Source: a virus
Direction: 5' to 3' (one strand)
IMG/VR virus record: IMGVR_UViG_3300045988_128868
Location: 1 to 38,916 of that record
DNA: 38,916 bases
Made by a program: the position numbers and the translations under genes. Each line of letters opens with the position of its first letter. Position 1 is the first letter of the stretch. The notes beneath the pieces are model-generated. The model was not told the origin of the DNA, did not search any database, and was given only the letters and a program-made list of their open reading frames with translations. Below are positions 1 through 6,727 of this stretch, piece by piece.

Positions 1-52
1 TTTTTCATGGTCGGAGTGACGGGATTCGAACCCATGGCCTCTTGGTCCCGAA
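1..52 (-). repeat. attL core: displaced partial copy of the tRNA-Pro 3' part
   Basis: Identical to 38865-38916. Its reverse complement reads TTCGGGACCAAGAGGCCATGGGTTCGAATCCCGTCACTCCGACCA plus 7 nt. The flank at 53-90 cannot supply the 5' anticodon stem (GCTGT where CTTGG is needed) or an acceptor 5' strand, so this copy is truncated. Confidence 0.85.
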
Positions 53-154
53 ACAGCCGCATAGTATCTATATATAGAATTTTGCCGACACGGGCACAAT
101 ATATTGTATACCGACGCTTTCGCATGGCGATGAAAATGTAAGCGAAAATCCGCC

Positions 155-175
155 GTTACTACGGAATTACTACGG
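155..175 (+). promoter_or_regulatory. Putative integrase arm-type binding sites (tandem GTTACTACGG / ATTACTACGG)
   Basis: Two direct 10-mers at 155-164 and 166-175, just beyond the int stop codon. The same motif pair recurs in the right arm at 38771-38791. Confidence 0.5.
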
Positions 176-177
176 TT

Positions 178-1221
178 TTAAGATATCTTGGACATCTCTT
201 TTTGCAGGGTTTTATCCGACACCAAAGCGTAATATTTTAGCGTTGTGCTGTACTCTTCGTGACCGAGAATCATCTGGGTAGCCTCCGGGGTTACACCACT
301 TTCAACCATCATCGTTGCGCAGGTTTTACGGCAACTGTGAGGGGATAAGCGCCGTACTCCGATGGCATCAAGAGCACCATAATATTTTTTGCGCATGTAT
401 CCGGAGCTATAACCTGTACCGTCCTTTTTGCAAATCAATTTTTGACCACCGAGCTTTAATCTTGCCATGAGGTAGGGTTCTACGATTGGCAGTACCGGGA
501 CATGGCGGTTCTCTCCGGCTTCGGTCTTCAGACCGCCTATGAGCATTCTCTCTTTAATCAGATAGTCGTCTGGATTGAGCGCGAGCAATTCGGAGATGCG
601 GAAACCAGTGTAAATCAAAATTAATATGATATCTGCGTAGGGGACATTGTCCTCGGCGGCTTTCTTTATTTTCGCAACTTCTTCCTCTGTAAACGGGTGA
701 ACCTCGACTTTCTTTTTCTTTGGGAGTTTTAAAAATTTCGAGTAGTCCTTATAACAGATGTCGCGCTCCATCGCTATGTCGTACAGAACAGAAAACGATC
801 CTTTGATATATGACAATGAAGTTTTGCTTTGATTAAGATATGCATCAATACATTTCTGCATATCTTCCGTCCTTAATTCGCGGAACTTAATGCTTTTTAC
901 ATCTTCGGGGATCTTCTTCCATGCGGCGTTGTAGCAGTCCTTTGACTGCTTAGCCAGGTTCTTATATTCGGAACGAGAGAGCCACAAGGTGTGTAAGTCA
1001 TCGACAGTCATATTGATTTCAACTACCGGGTGTTCGAGGTAGTGAGCCAGAGCGGCTTTTGCCTCTTTGCTCGATGCGTAGTGCCCGAGGATTTCCTGCT
1101 TTTTAATCATCTTGCCTTGCTCGTCCAAGCTATAACTCGCCGGCAACGCGACGACCCAGGGACGCCGCTTGATATCCTTGCGTTTATATACGCTGCCTTC
1201 ACCGTTTTCACGCTTTGCCAT
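178..1221 (-). CDS. int: Tyrosine site-specific integrase
   Basis: 347 aa. Catalytic boxes are visible: TGFRISELLAL (Arg I), HSCRKTCAT (HxxR), LGHEEYSTTLKYY (His/Tyr). The gene is adjacent to attL. An AAGGAG RBS lies 11 nt upstream of the ATG. Confidence 0.93.
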   Translation of the reverse strand: MAKRENGEGSVYKRKDIKRRPWVVALPASYSLDEQGKMIKKQEILGHYASSKEAKAALAHYLEHPVVEINMTVDDLHTLWLSRSEYKNLAKQSKDCYNAAWKKIPEDVKSIKFRELRTEDMQKCIDAYLNQSKTSLSYIKGSFSVLYDIAMERDICYKDYSKFLKLPKKKKVEVHPFTEEEVAKIKKAAEDNVPYADIILILIYTGFRISELLALNPDDYLIKERMLIGGLKTEAGENRHVPVLPIVEPYLMARLKLGGQKLICKKDGTGYSSGYMRKKYYGALDAIGVRRLSPHSCRKTCATMMVESGVTPEATQMILGHEEYSTTLKYYALVSDKTLQKEMSKIS

Positions 1222-1227
1222 TAAAAA

Positions 1228-1264
1228 ATCCGCTCCTTTTCACTTGTGCTTTACCGGAGCGGAT
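1228..1264 (-). terminator. Terminator-like hairpin that contains the int RBS and ends at the int start codon
   Basis: A 9-bp stem pairs ATCCGCTCC (1228-1236) with GGAGCGGAT (1256-1264). On the minus strand it is followed by TTTTTTA and then the ATG. The loop is 19 nt, so the stem is only moderately stable. Confidence 0.4.
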
Positions 1265-1279
1265 GATATAATAATTATA

Positions 1280-1352
1280 TCAATCCACTCTATACGCATG
1301 GTGTGTGTTGATTCTCGAGCCCTCGGTGCTGGAACACCGGGGGTTCTTTTAT
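1280..1352 (+). ncRNA. Candidate ~70-nt small RNA (orphan promoter-terminator unit) between int and cI
   Basis: TTGTGC (1244-1249), a 17-nt spacer and TATAAT (1267-1272) on the plus strand. An intrinsic terminator follows about 45 nt downstream at 1317-1360. There is no RBS or plausible ORF in between. Confidence 0.25.
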
Positions 1353-1360
1353 TTATTTTC
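1317..1360 (+). terminator. Rho-independent terminator (plus strand only)
   Basis: A 12-bp stem pairs GAGCCCTCGGTG with CACCGGGGGTTC (two G-U pairs) around a 6-nt loop, followed by TTTTATTTATTTT. Confidence 0.6.
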
Positions 1361-1501
1361 CTTAAAGCGTCTCAGAACGCTTCAAATCGACTCAGGTTGT
1401 TTCTTGGAGATTATATATTCATTGGGTATGCATATTTTTAGCCTTTTTATCTGCAATTGCCCTTCATCTCACCGCGCTCAGATGGGCGACTGCTTTCTTA
1501 A

Positions 1502-2167
1502 TTAGTTTTTAATTATCTCTCTCACGAGGAGATAAGGAACGCCCAGGATGCGATAGTGCTCGAGATCCGTGCCGGTTAACTCTTTGGGCGGATATGACGG
1601 ATTGAGGGGGCTAAGCCTAACCATGTCATCAAAGATATCGATTCTCTTAAGGGTCGCACATTCGCCGTCGTAAATAACGGCACCAACATCCCCGCTGCGC
1701 TCAATAAAGGTTTGCCGAAGAATGAGGACTTTATCGTCAGTGTGGTATGTCGGGTACATTGAATCACCGTGTACCTTTAGAACAAAAAAGTCGGATTTGC
1801 TTCGTCCCTTGAGAAAAGAGCGCGGGACATCTATGGTTTCGCCGCTCCAATCCTCGACTGCAATTTCTTCATATCCGGCAGCAATATTGCCTATTACCGG
1901 GAACGTAACAACATCTTCGGTCACATTCGGAGAAACGAGATTTAGCGGCTTCATGGGAACATCTGCACCCATTAACCACGGTATAGATACATTTAAAATT
2001 TTTGATATTTCTTCAGTTCTTCTTTGTTTTGGTGCGTAGATTCCTTTTTTATAATTGCTTATTGTAGCGTCAGCGACATTCAATGCTCTCGCAAGTTCCG
2101 CTGCGGTCATATTTCTACATTCTAAAGCTTCGTTTAATCTTTCTGCAAAGCTCGGCATATTAATCAC
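1502..2167 (-). CDS. cI: CI-like prophage repressor, XRE HTH plus S24 (LexA-type) autopeptidase
   Basis: 221 aa. HTH is MTAAELARALNVADATISNYKKG. Also visible are the Ala-Gly site (IAAGY), the Ser motif GDSMYP and the Lys motif TLKRI. It is divergent from the cro-like gene. Confidence 0.92.
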   Translation of the reverse strand: MINMPSFAERLNEALECRNMTAAELARALNVADATISNYKKGIYAPKQRRTEEISKILNVSIPWLMGADVPMKPLNLVSPNVTEDVVTFPVIGNIAAGYEEIAVEDWSGETIDVPRSFLKGRSKSDFFVLKVHGDSMYPTYHTDDKVLILRQTFIERSGDVGAVIYDGECATLKRIDIFDDMVRLSPLNPSYPPKELTGTDLEHYRILGVPYLLVREIIKN

Positions 2168-2190
2168 CTCGCCTATACAATATCACAAAA

Positions 2191-2274
2191 CCAACGAAAA
2201 CGCAAGCAAAAATGAAAAAAACTTTTGAAAAACTTGTGAAAAGTATTGACTTGTGAAAACGCAAGTGATATAAT
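2191..2274 (+). promoter_or_regulatory. Immunity-region promoter (TTGACT-17-TATAAT) with CTTGYG-N4-CRCAAG operators
   Basis: -35 TTGACT at 2246-2251 and -10 TATAAT at 2269-2274, with an exact 17-nt spacer. The palindromic operator CTTGTGAAAACGCAAG (2250-2265) sits inside the spacer. Degenerate copies are at 2191-2206 and 2233-2248. Confidence 0.75.
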
Positions 2275-2300
2275 CGAACCAAAAGGAGGTGAAAGCGATA

Positions 2301-2507
2301 ATGTATGATTACTCGAATTTGCTCGGTGCAATGAGGCAAAGAGGTATAACCCAGAAAAGCCTTGCAAAAAGCATCGGAAAAAGCGAGGCGACGATTAACC
2401 GCAAGCTCTGCGGTGCCAGAGAGTTCACGCAAAGCGAAATGTTCAAAATACTCGAGATTATGGGCGAGCCGGTCGAAAGAGCCTCATTTTATTTTTTTAC
2501 TCATTGA
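2301..2507 (+). CDS. cro: Cro-like XRE-family HTH regulator
   Basis: 68 aa (MYDYSNLLGAMRQRGITQKSLAKSIGKSEATINRKL...). GGAGG lies 10 nt upstream of the ATG at 2301. The ORF-track GTG at 2289 lies within the RBS. Confidence 0.85.
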   Translation: MYDYSNLLGAMRQRGITQKSLAKSIGKSEATINRKLCGAREFTQSEMFKILEIMGEPVERASFYFFTH

Positions 2508-2524
2508 CTTGTTAAAACGCAAGT
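2504..2524 (+). promoter_or_regulatory. Distal copy of the -35/operator block (TTGACTTGTTAAAACGCAAGT)
   Basis: 20 of 21 nt identical to 2246-2266. It overlaps the cro stop codon and has no -10 element downstream. Confidence 0.5.
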
Positions 2525-2552
2525 TGCAAGCGACAAAAAAGGAAGTGAAGAA

Positions 2553-2729
2553 ATGAAAATTAAGAAAGCTTTTGCGCGTATGATGACATGCATACCCACA
2601 AAAGCCAAACCTAATGAGCTTGTTGCTTTCAGTCAGCCGCCATTCTGCAACGGCGGAAAACACTGCGGTAGGGACAAGAGCGGGCTGTGGCACTGTACCT
2701 GCATTAGCCAAAATAAGCCAAAGCGCTAA
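2553..2729 (+). CDS. Small Cys-rich hypothetical protein (58 aa, below the ORF-track cutoff)
   Basis: ATG preceded by AAAGGAAGTGAAG. Translation is MKIKKAFARMMTCIPTKAKPNELVAFSQPPFCNGGKHCGRDKSGLWHCTCISQNKPKR. Its 3' end overlaps minus ORF 2704-2892. Confidence 0.35.
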   Translation: MKIKKAFARMMTCIPTKAKPNELVAFSQPPFCNGGKHCGRDKSGLWHCTCISQNKPKR

Positions 2730-2892
2730 ATACTGCTGCGACAACCGAGGCTACCGTCGCCAATGCTGAAACCACAACAGTAATTATGAAGCGGTTGCGC
2801 TCCGTAATGGCTTTAGATGCGGGCGTTTCCTCAAGTTGATGTATTTCATCGACGCCCGGCAAATAGTAGCGTTTTCTCGACACATTATTCAC
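2704..2892 (-). CDS. Small membrane protein (C-terminal TM helix)
   Basis: 59-62 aa with a GTG start next to GAAAGGAAG. The C-terminal hydrophobic stretch is FIITVVVSALATVASVVAAVFSALAYF. It lies downstream of and co-oriented with 2966-3676. Confidence 0.45.
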   Translation of the reverse strand: MNNVSRKRYYLPGVDEIHQLEETPASKAITERNRFIITVVVSALATVASVVAAVFSALAYFG

Positions 2893-2965
2893 TTCCTTTC
2901 AAGGGAGTATATCACGCGAAAAGAAATAAATCAAGAAGGGAGGAAAAGAGGTGGACAACCCGCTG

Positions 2966-3676
2966 TTATTCAAAATATGTTTCGCTGTGGTAACCGGTGG
3001 CTTGGTCTTTGAAATCATTGCGCTGTGTGCAACTGCGAAAGCCAAAAGAAGAAAGAATGGTAATAATGCCAACCACAATGGTGATAAGCAATCCCAATTT
3101 TTGGGCGGAATCCCAGAATGCAGCCCTTTTCTTGTGGTGCTTGCTGTTTGGGCTGTCGTGGTTTGTGTCGCTATCATCACCACTACGTGATTCTTCTTGA
3201 GTCTTTGAAGCAGGTGCCTGTTGGATGCGGGAATCTTCGATGTTCTGCGCTGCGTTTGGTTCCGATAAAAACGGAATAGCAAGTGCTGTCATCTTCTTTA
3301 AAAAATCTTCTGCTTCTGCTTCTGTGAGACTTGAGGAAGAAATTGAAATGTAGCACTGATATGGAGTCTTATACAGAATGCTTTTGGTATCAAGATAAAG
3401 GTACGCGGACTCTTCGAGTGCGTTGGTACACAGGAGAGTTATAGACTTAAAAGGCGCACTGTCTGAAAAGTATTTCTTAAATTCCTCTAAAGTGTACCTT
3501 GTCTCATCGCTTATGTCACGACAGACAACTACGGTAGTTCGATAATTCTCCGATGCCGGAATCAGTGCGGTGTACTCATTTTCAATAGCCTTAAAAAGCT
3601 CAAGCAATGAAAATTTTTCGATTCTCCAGAAAGCAGATGCCGGGAGAGTAACATTCGTTGTTTTAGAAACTTGCAT
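2966..3676 (-). CDS. Tail-anchored membrane protein of unknown function
   Basis: 236 aa from MQVSKTT, with a GAGGTG RBS. It has a soluble N-domain of about 150 aa, a low-complexity acidic/Ser linker and a C-terminal TM (LGLLITIVVGIITILSSFGF). It has its own consensus-like promoter. Confidence 0.65.
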   Translation of the reverse strand: MQVSKTTNVTLPASAFWRIEKFSLLELFKAIENEYTALIPASENYRTTVVVCRDISDETRYTLEEFKKYFSDSAPFKSITLLCTNALEESAYLYLDTKSILYKTPYQCYISISSSSLTEAEAEDFLKKMTALAIPFLSEPNAAQNIEDSRIQQAPASKTQEESRSGDDSDTNHDSPNSKHHKKRAAFWDSAQKLGLLITIVVGIITILSSFGFRSCTQRNDFKDQATGYHSETYFE

Positions 3677-3702
3677 GACACACCTCAACATTTTTTGTTT
3701 TT

Positions 3703-3731
3703 AGTATATAAATTTCAAGACTAAAAGTCAA
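3703..3731 (-). promoter_or_regulatory. Sigma-70-type promoter for 2966-3676 (TTGACT-17-TATACT)
   Basis: The reverse complement of 3726-3731 is TTGACT and that of 3703-3708 is TATACT. The spacer is exactly 17 nt. Confidence 0.6.
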
Positions 3732-3748
3732 TATAAAGGAGCTACACA

Positions 3749-3922
3749 ATGAACAACATGCTAATAGCCGTTATAACATCAAGCGCAGTGACAATATTGT
3801 GGTTGAAGTGGTTTTGGTCTGCTGCGCAAAAAAAAATCGGTAAGCAAAACGAAGAGTTGGCTCGTATGCTCACCGAATTTGTTGAAAGGTATATCGAGAA
3901 AGTCATTAAAGACAGACATTAA
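3749..3922 (+). CDS. Small membrane protein (57 aa, not in the ORF track)
   Basis: AAGGAG RBS 7 nt upstream of the ATG. Translation is MNNMLIAVITSSAVTILWLKWFWSAAQKKIGKQNEELARMLTEFVERYIEKVIKDRH. Its 3' end overlaps the convergent Abi-like gene by 17 nt. Confidence 0.45.
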   Translation: MNNMLIAVITSSAVTILWLKWFWSAAQKKIGKQNEELARMLTEFVERYIEKVIKDRH

Positions 3923-4676
3923 TGAATGCCTCTCCGAATGGATTCAAGCAGGCTCGACCTTTTTCAATATATACTTTTCGCATTACATTGCTGAAGCTGT
4001 TTTGGAAAATTTCCAAGTTTTCAAATTCATCATAGCTTGTTGTGAGACTTGAACCATCAAAGCTTATGTCAACAAGTCCCAGGCGATCAAGGGATGTAAT
4101 TGATGTACTTTGCCTGCCTATATCGCCAATTTCCGAATTTGCAATGAATACATTTTGATGAAGAACGATGTGTACATTTGAAAAACCAGAAACCTTTTCC
4201 ATTTCGGCAGGCGGATTCCCGCAGATATTGACGATTGGGAGATTATGTGAGTTCTTAAAGCATTTCAAAGTGTAGGCATCGTCAGGGGATAGTTGCTTTA
4301 TTATTTCGACAAATGCCGGATGAACCGTATCAGCAGTATCTTTTTGCATTGCTTTCGCCAACAGATTGGCGAATAAGTCTCGTAATGTCTCATTGTCGGT
4401 AGTATAGGCGATTGCTTGTAATGCAGGCACTGCAACATAGGCTTCAGGAGTCTTTATTTGCTCAGGGTCAACATCTTTAAGCTTCTCTTCCAATAGCTTT
4501 TTTGTTGCCTTTAATGAGTACTCTCCGTTCAGCACATATTTTTCAAGAGGTGTCAAAGCAACGCCTATAGCACGAGGTAATAAACTGACAATCTCTCCGA
4601 TTCTTTTCGCCGACGGATGGACAAGATCATCGTAAGCTTTTTCAATCGTGTTGCCTAATCCAATGTTTGTATCCAT
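3906..4676 (-). CDS. Abi-alpha / DUF4393-like protein (candidate abortive-infection gene)
   Basis: 256 aa. The N-terminal AYDDLVHPSAKRIGEIV and central YVAVPALQAIAYTTDNETLRDLFANLLAKAM blocks match my recollection of the Abi_alpha (DUF4393) family. Local GC is low and the gene is oriented opposite to the early operon. Confidence 0.6.
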   Translation of the reverse strand: MDTNIGLGNTIEKAYDDLVHPSAKRIGEIVSLLPRAIGVALTPLEKYVLNGEYSLKATKKLLEEKLKDVDPEQIKTPEAYVAVPALQAIAYTTDNETLRDLFANLLAKAMQKDTADTVHPAFVEIIKQLSPDDAYTLKCFKNSHNLPIVNICGNPPAEMEKVSGFSNVHIVLHQNVFIANSEIGDIGRQSTSITSLDRLGLVDISFDGSSLTTSYDEFENLEIFQNSFSNVMRKVYIEKGRACLNPFGEAFINVCL

Positions 4677-4738
4677 TTATATCATATTCCTTTCTTTTGC
4701 CAATTGAAAACTGTTTCAATAAGCGAATATACAAATTA

Positions 4739-4767
4739 AGTATAACACATAAAAAGAAATAAAACAA
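4739..4767 (-). promoter_or_regulatory. Putative promoter for the Abi-like gene (TTGTTT-17-TGT-TATACT)
   Basis: The reverse complement of 4762-4767 is TTGTTT and that of 4739-4744 is TATACT, with an extended -10 TG. Confidence 0.4.
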
Positions 4768-4789
4768 CCGCGTGAAAGGAGCTTTGTAA

Positions 4790-5497
4790 ATGAACGAGTT
4801 AATCAAAATCAACTATGAAAGCGACAGACCTACGGTCTTAGCGAGAGATCTGCACGAATTTCTTGAGGTCAAAACCGCCTACAAGGATTGGTTCCCGAGA
4901 ATGTGCGAATATGGCTTTGCGGCAGGTGGGGATTTCAACCTGCTCAAAAATGAGCGGGTTCAGATCGAAGGTTCGAGAACTGTATCAAGAACTGTAGACG
5001 ATGCACAACTTACCATCGATATGGCGAAAGAGATCTGTATGCTTCAGCGCAACGAGAAAGGCAAGCAGGCGAGACAGTATTTCTTGCAGCTTGAAAGAGA
5101 GTGGAACTCGCCCGAAGCGGTGATGTCGAGAGCCCTCAGAATGGCTGAGGAAAGGCTTGAAAGATTCAAAGCTATAAACGCCAACCTCTCAGTTCAGAAC
5201 GCTATTATGCAGCCGAAAGCGGAATATTTTGACGGTCTGTGCGACCGTGAGAGTCTTACCGGAATCAGAGAGACGGCGAAGCTTCTCGGGCTGAAACAGA
5301 ATGACTTTGTAAAGTGGCTTATAGACCACAAATACATTTACCGCGACAAGCGCGGCAGGCTGATGCCCTATGCGGAACATGTCGATTCAGGGCTGTTCAC
5401 TGTCAAAGAGACATATAACGATAAGACCGACTGGACAGGCGTTCAGATGCTTATCACCGTCAAGGGCAAAGAACGCTTCTTGAAAGCGCTCTCGTGA
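4790..5497 (+). CDS. ant: Phage antirepressor (AntA/ANT N-domain plus KilAC C-domain)
   Basis: 235 aa. The N-terminal TVLARDLHEFLEVKTAYKDWFPRM and QARQYFLQLE blocks, and the C-terminal GIRETAKLLGLKQNDFVKWL block, are typical of the family. Confidence 0.85.
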   Translation: MNELIKINYESDRPTVLARDLHEFLEVKTAYKDWFPRMCEYGFAAGGDFNLLKNERVQIEGSRTVSRTVDDAQLTIDMAKEICMLQRNEKGKQARQYFLQLEREWNSPEAVMSRALRMAEERLERFKAINANLSVQNAIMQPKAEYFDGLCDRESLTGIRETAKLLGLKQNDFVKWLIDHKYIYRDKRGRLMPYAEHVDSGLFTVKETYNDKTDWTGVQMLITVKGKERFLKALS

Positions 5498-5512
5498 AAG
5501 GAGGAAAACACC

Positions 5513-5734
5513 ATGCGTAAAAAAATGGCACTTATGTCAGTCGACGAGGCGTCAATGTACCTGAGAGAGGTTATCTACATACCGCCGCATCAGATCCGTC
5601 TGCTCGCGAGGGAGGGAAAATGCACCTTCTGTATCGCGCTTCAGCACTCAAGCGGAGGCTGGTCGTACTACATCCGCCTTGACAAGCTCGAACAGTTCAA
5701 GCGCGGGGATATCGGATTGATGACTGAGCGGTGA
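5513..5734 (+). CDS. Hypothetical; possible Xis/MerR-like small DNA-binding protein
   Basis: 73 aa with AAGGAGG 7 nt upstream. The segment MSVDEASMYL...IRLLAREGK resembles excisionase-type HTH. Functional assignment is weak. Confidence 0.6.
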   Translation: MRKKMALMSVDEASMYLREVIYIPPHQIRLLAREGKCTFCIALQHSSGGWSYYIRLDKLEQFKRGDIGLMTER

Positions 5735-5758
5735 ATTGAAAGAAAGAGAGGTTTAACA

Positions 5759-5914
5759 ATGGCACTGAAATTTGCAATCCAGACGGTATTTGAAATCGCC
5801 GCCGTCGTACTTATCATCTATGGCTTTTGCCGTGAGGACAAGCTCATAGCCTTCGAGGACAGGCTCAAAGCAAAAATCAGAAAGGAGGTAAAACACCATG
5901 AAGAAAAAGATTAA
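5759..5914 (+). CDS. Small membrane protein (51 aa, not in the ORF track)
   Basis: GAGAGG RBS. Translation is MALKFAIQTVFEIAAVVLIIYGFCREDKLIAFEDRLKAKIRKEVKHHEEKD. It overlaps the next start and is preferred over antisense ORF 5753-5968. Confidence 0.5.
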   Translation: MALKFAIQTVFEIAAVVLIIYGFCREDKLIAFEDRLKAKIRKEVKHHEEKD

Positions 5915-6236
5915 GGTCATAGTAAAAGACCCGGAAAAACCTGCAAGAGTGGTGTGGATATCAAACACGCTGGAGAACCTGCAGAAAACGGTCGGCGGTT
6001 ATATCGAAACCGTCACGATATCGACGGACGCCGTCATTATTTGTAATGAAGAAGGTAACTTGTTAGGACTGCCACACAACTGTAGATTTTGCGGATGCGA
6101 TTTTGTCGGAACAATCATCGTTGCCGGCGTGGACAAAGACGAATTTTGCAGTCTGTCAGATGAGGTTATTAAATTGCTGAAACCGTGCATAAAGGAGGTG
6201 CCTGAACATGAAAAAGTCAACGACAGGGGAATTTGA
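5898..6236 (+). CDS. DUF3846-like protein
   Basis: 112 aa. The ENLQKTVGGYIE...ICNEEGNLLGLPHN pattern is recalled from DUF3846 proteins of phages and conjugative elements. Confidence 0.6.
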   Translation: MKKKIKVIVKDPEKPARVVWISNTLENLQKTVGGYIETVTISTDAVIICNEEGNLLGLPHNCRFCGCDFVGTIIVAGVDKDEFCSLSDEVIKLLKPCIKEVPEHEKVNDRGI

Positions 6237-6660
6237 AACGGCAGTCTTTGCCGCGCGCCTGCGTGAACTGATACGCGACACAAAAACCACGCAAAAAGAT
6301 CTTGCAAAAGCGATTGGCGCAGCAAAAAACACCGTATCCGCGTATGCACATGGTTTGTGCAGCCCCACGCTACCTATTTTGGTGCGTATAGCCAAACACT
6401 TTGATGTGTCTATGGACTATCTCGCGGGGCTGACAGACAAAAAACAAACATCGGAATCCAAGCCTGCGCCGAAGCGCCAGAGAAATGACCCGTGGCGCAA
6501 AATGGCGATTCGCAACAGCTGTGACTGGCGCAGACGTATGGCGGCTCCGTGCGGCGACTGGGACGGCACGGCATGTATGTACACCCACGAGACCGGGATT
6601 TTTCGCGAATCGCCGCCGGCGGACGATTACTGCGCATATTACAAAAGCCGCCAACGCTGA
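6208..6660 (+). CDS. XRE-family HTH protein with a Cys-containing C-terminal extension
   Basis: 150 aa with AAGGAGG upstream. HTH is TTQKDLAKAIGAAKNTVSAYAHG and DVSMDYLAGLTD follows. Confidence 0.75.
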   Translation: MKKSTTGEFETAVFAARLRELIRDTKTTQKDLAKAIGAAKNTVSAYAHGLCSPTLPILVRIAKHFDVSMDYLAGLTDKKQTSESKPAPKRQRNDPWRKMAIRNSCDWRRRMAAPCGDWDGTACMYTHETGIFRESPPADDYCAYYKSRQR

Positions 6661-6727
6661 GTGGGCAGCGAAGACGGCAAAGGTAAAACCTCAACATCAT
6701 GATAACACGAAGGGAGACTAATGTCAA

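Noticed and set aside
53-90. Possibility that the left att copy is a complete second tRNA-Pro
   Set aside because: The flanking sequence cannot form the anticodon stem (GCTGT against the required CTTGG), the D-arm or the acceptor 5' strand CGGAGTG.
2504-2545. Second promoter downstream of cro, suggested by the duplicated TTGACT
   Set aside because: The hexamer 17 nt downstream is CAAGCG and no -10-like element lies nearby. It is interpreted as an operator copy instead.
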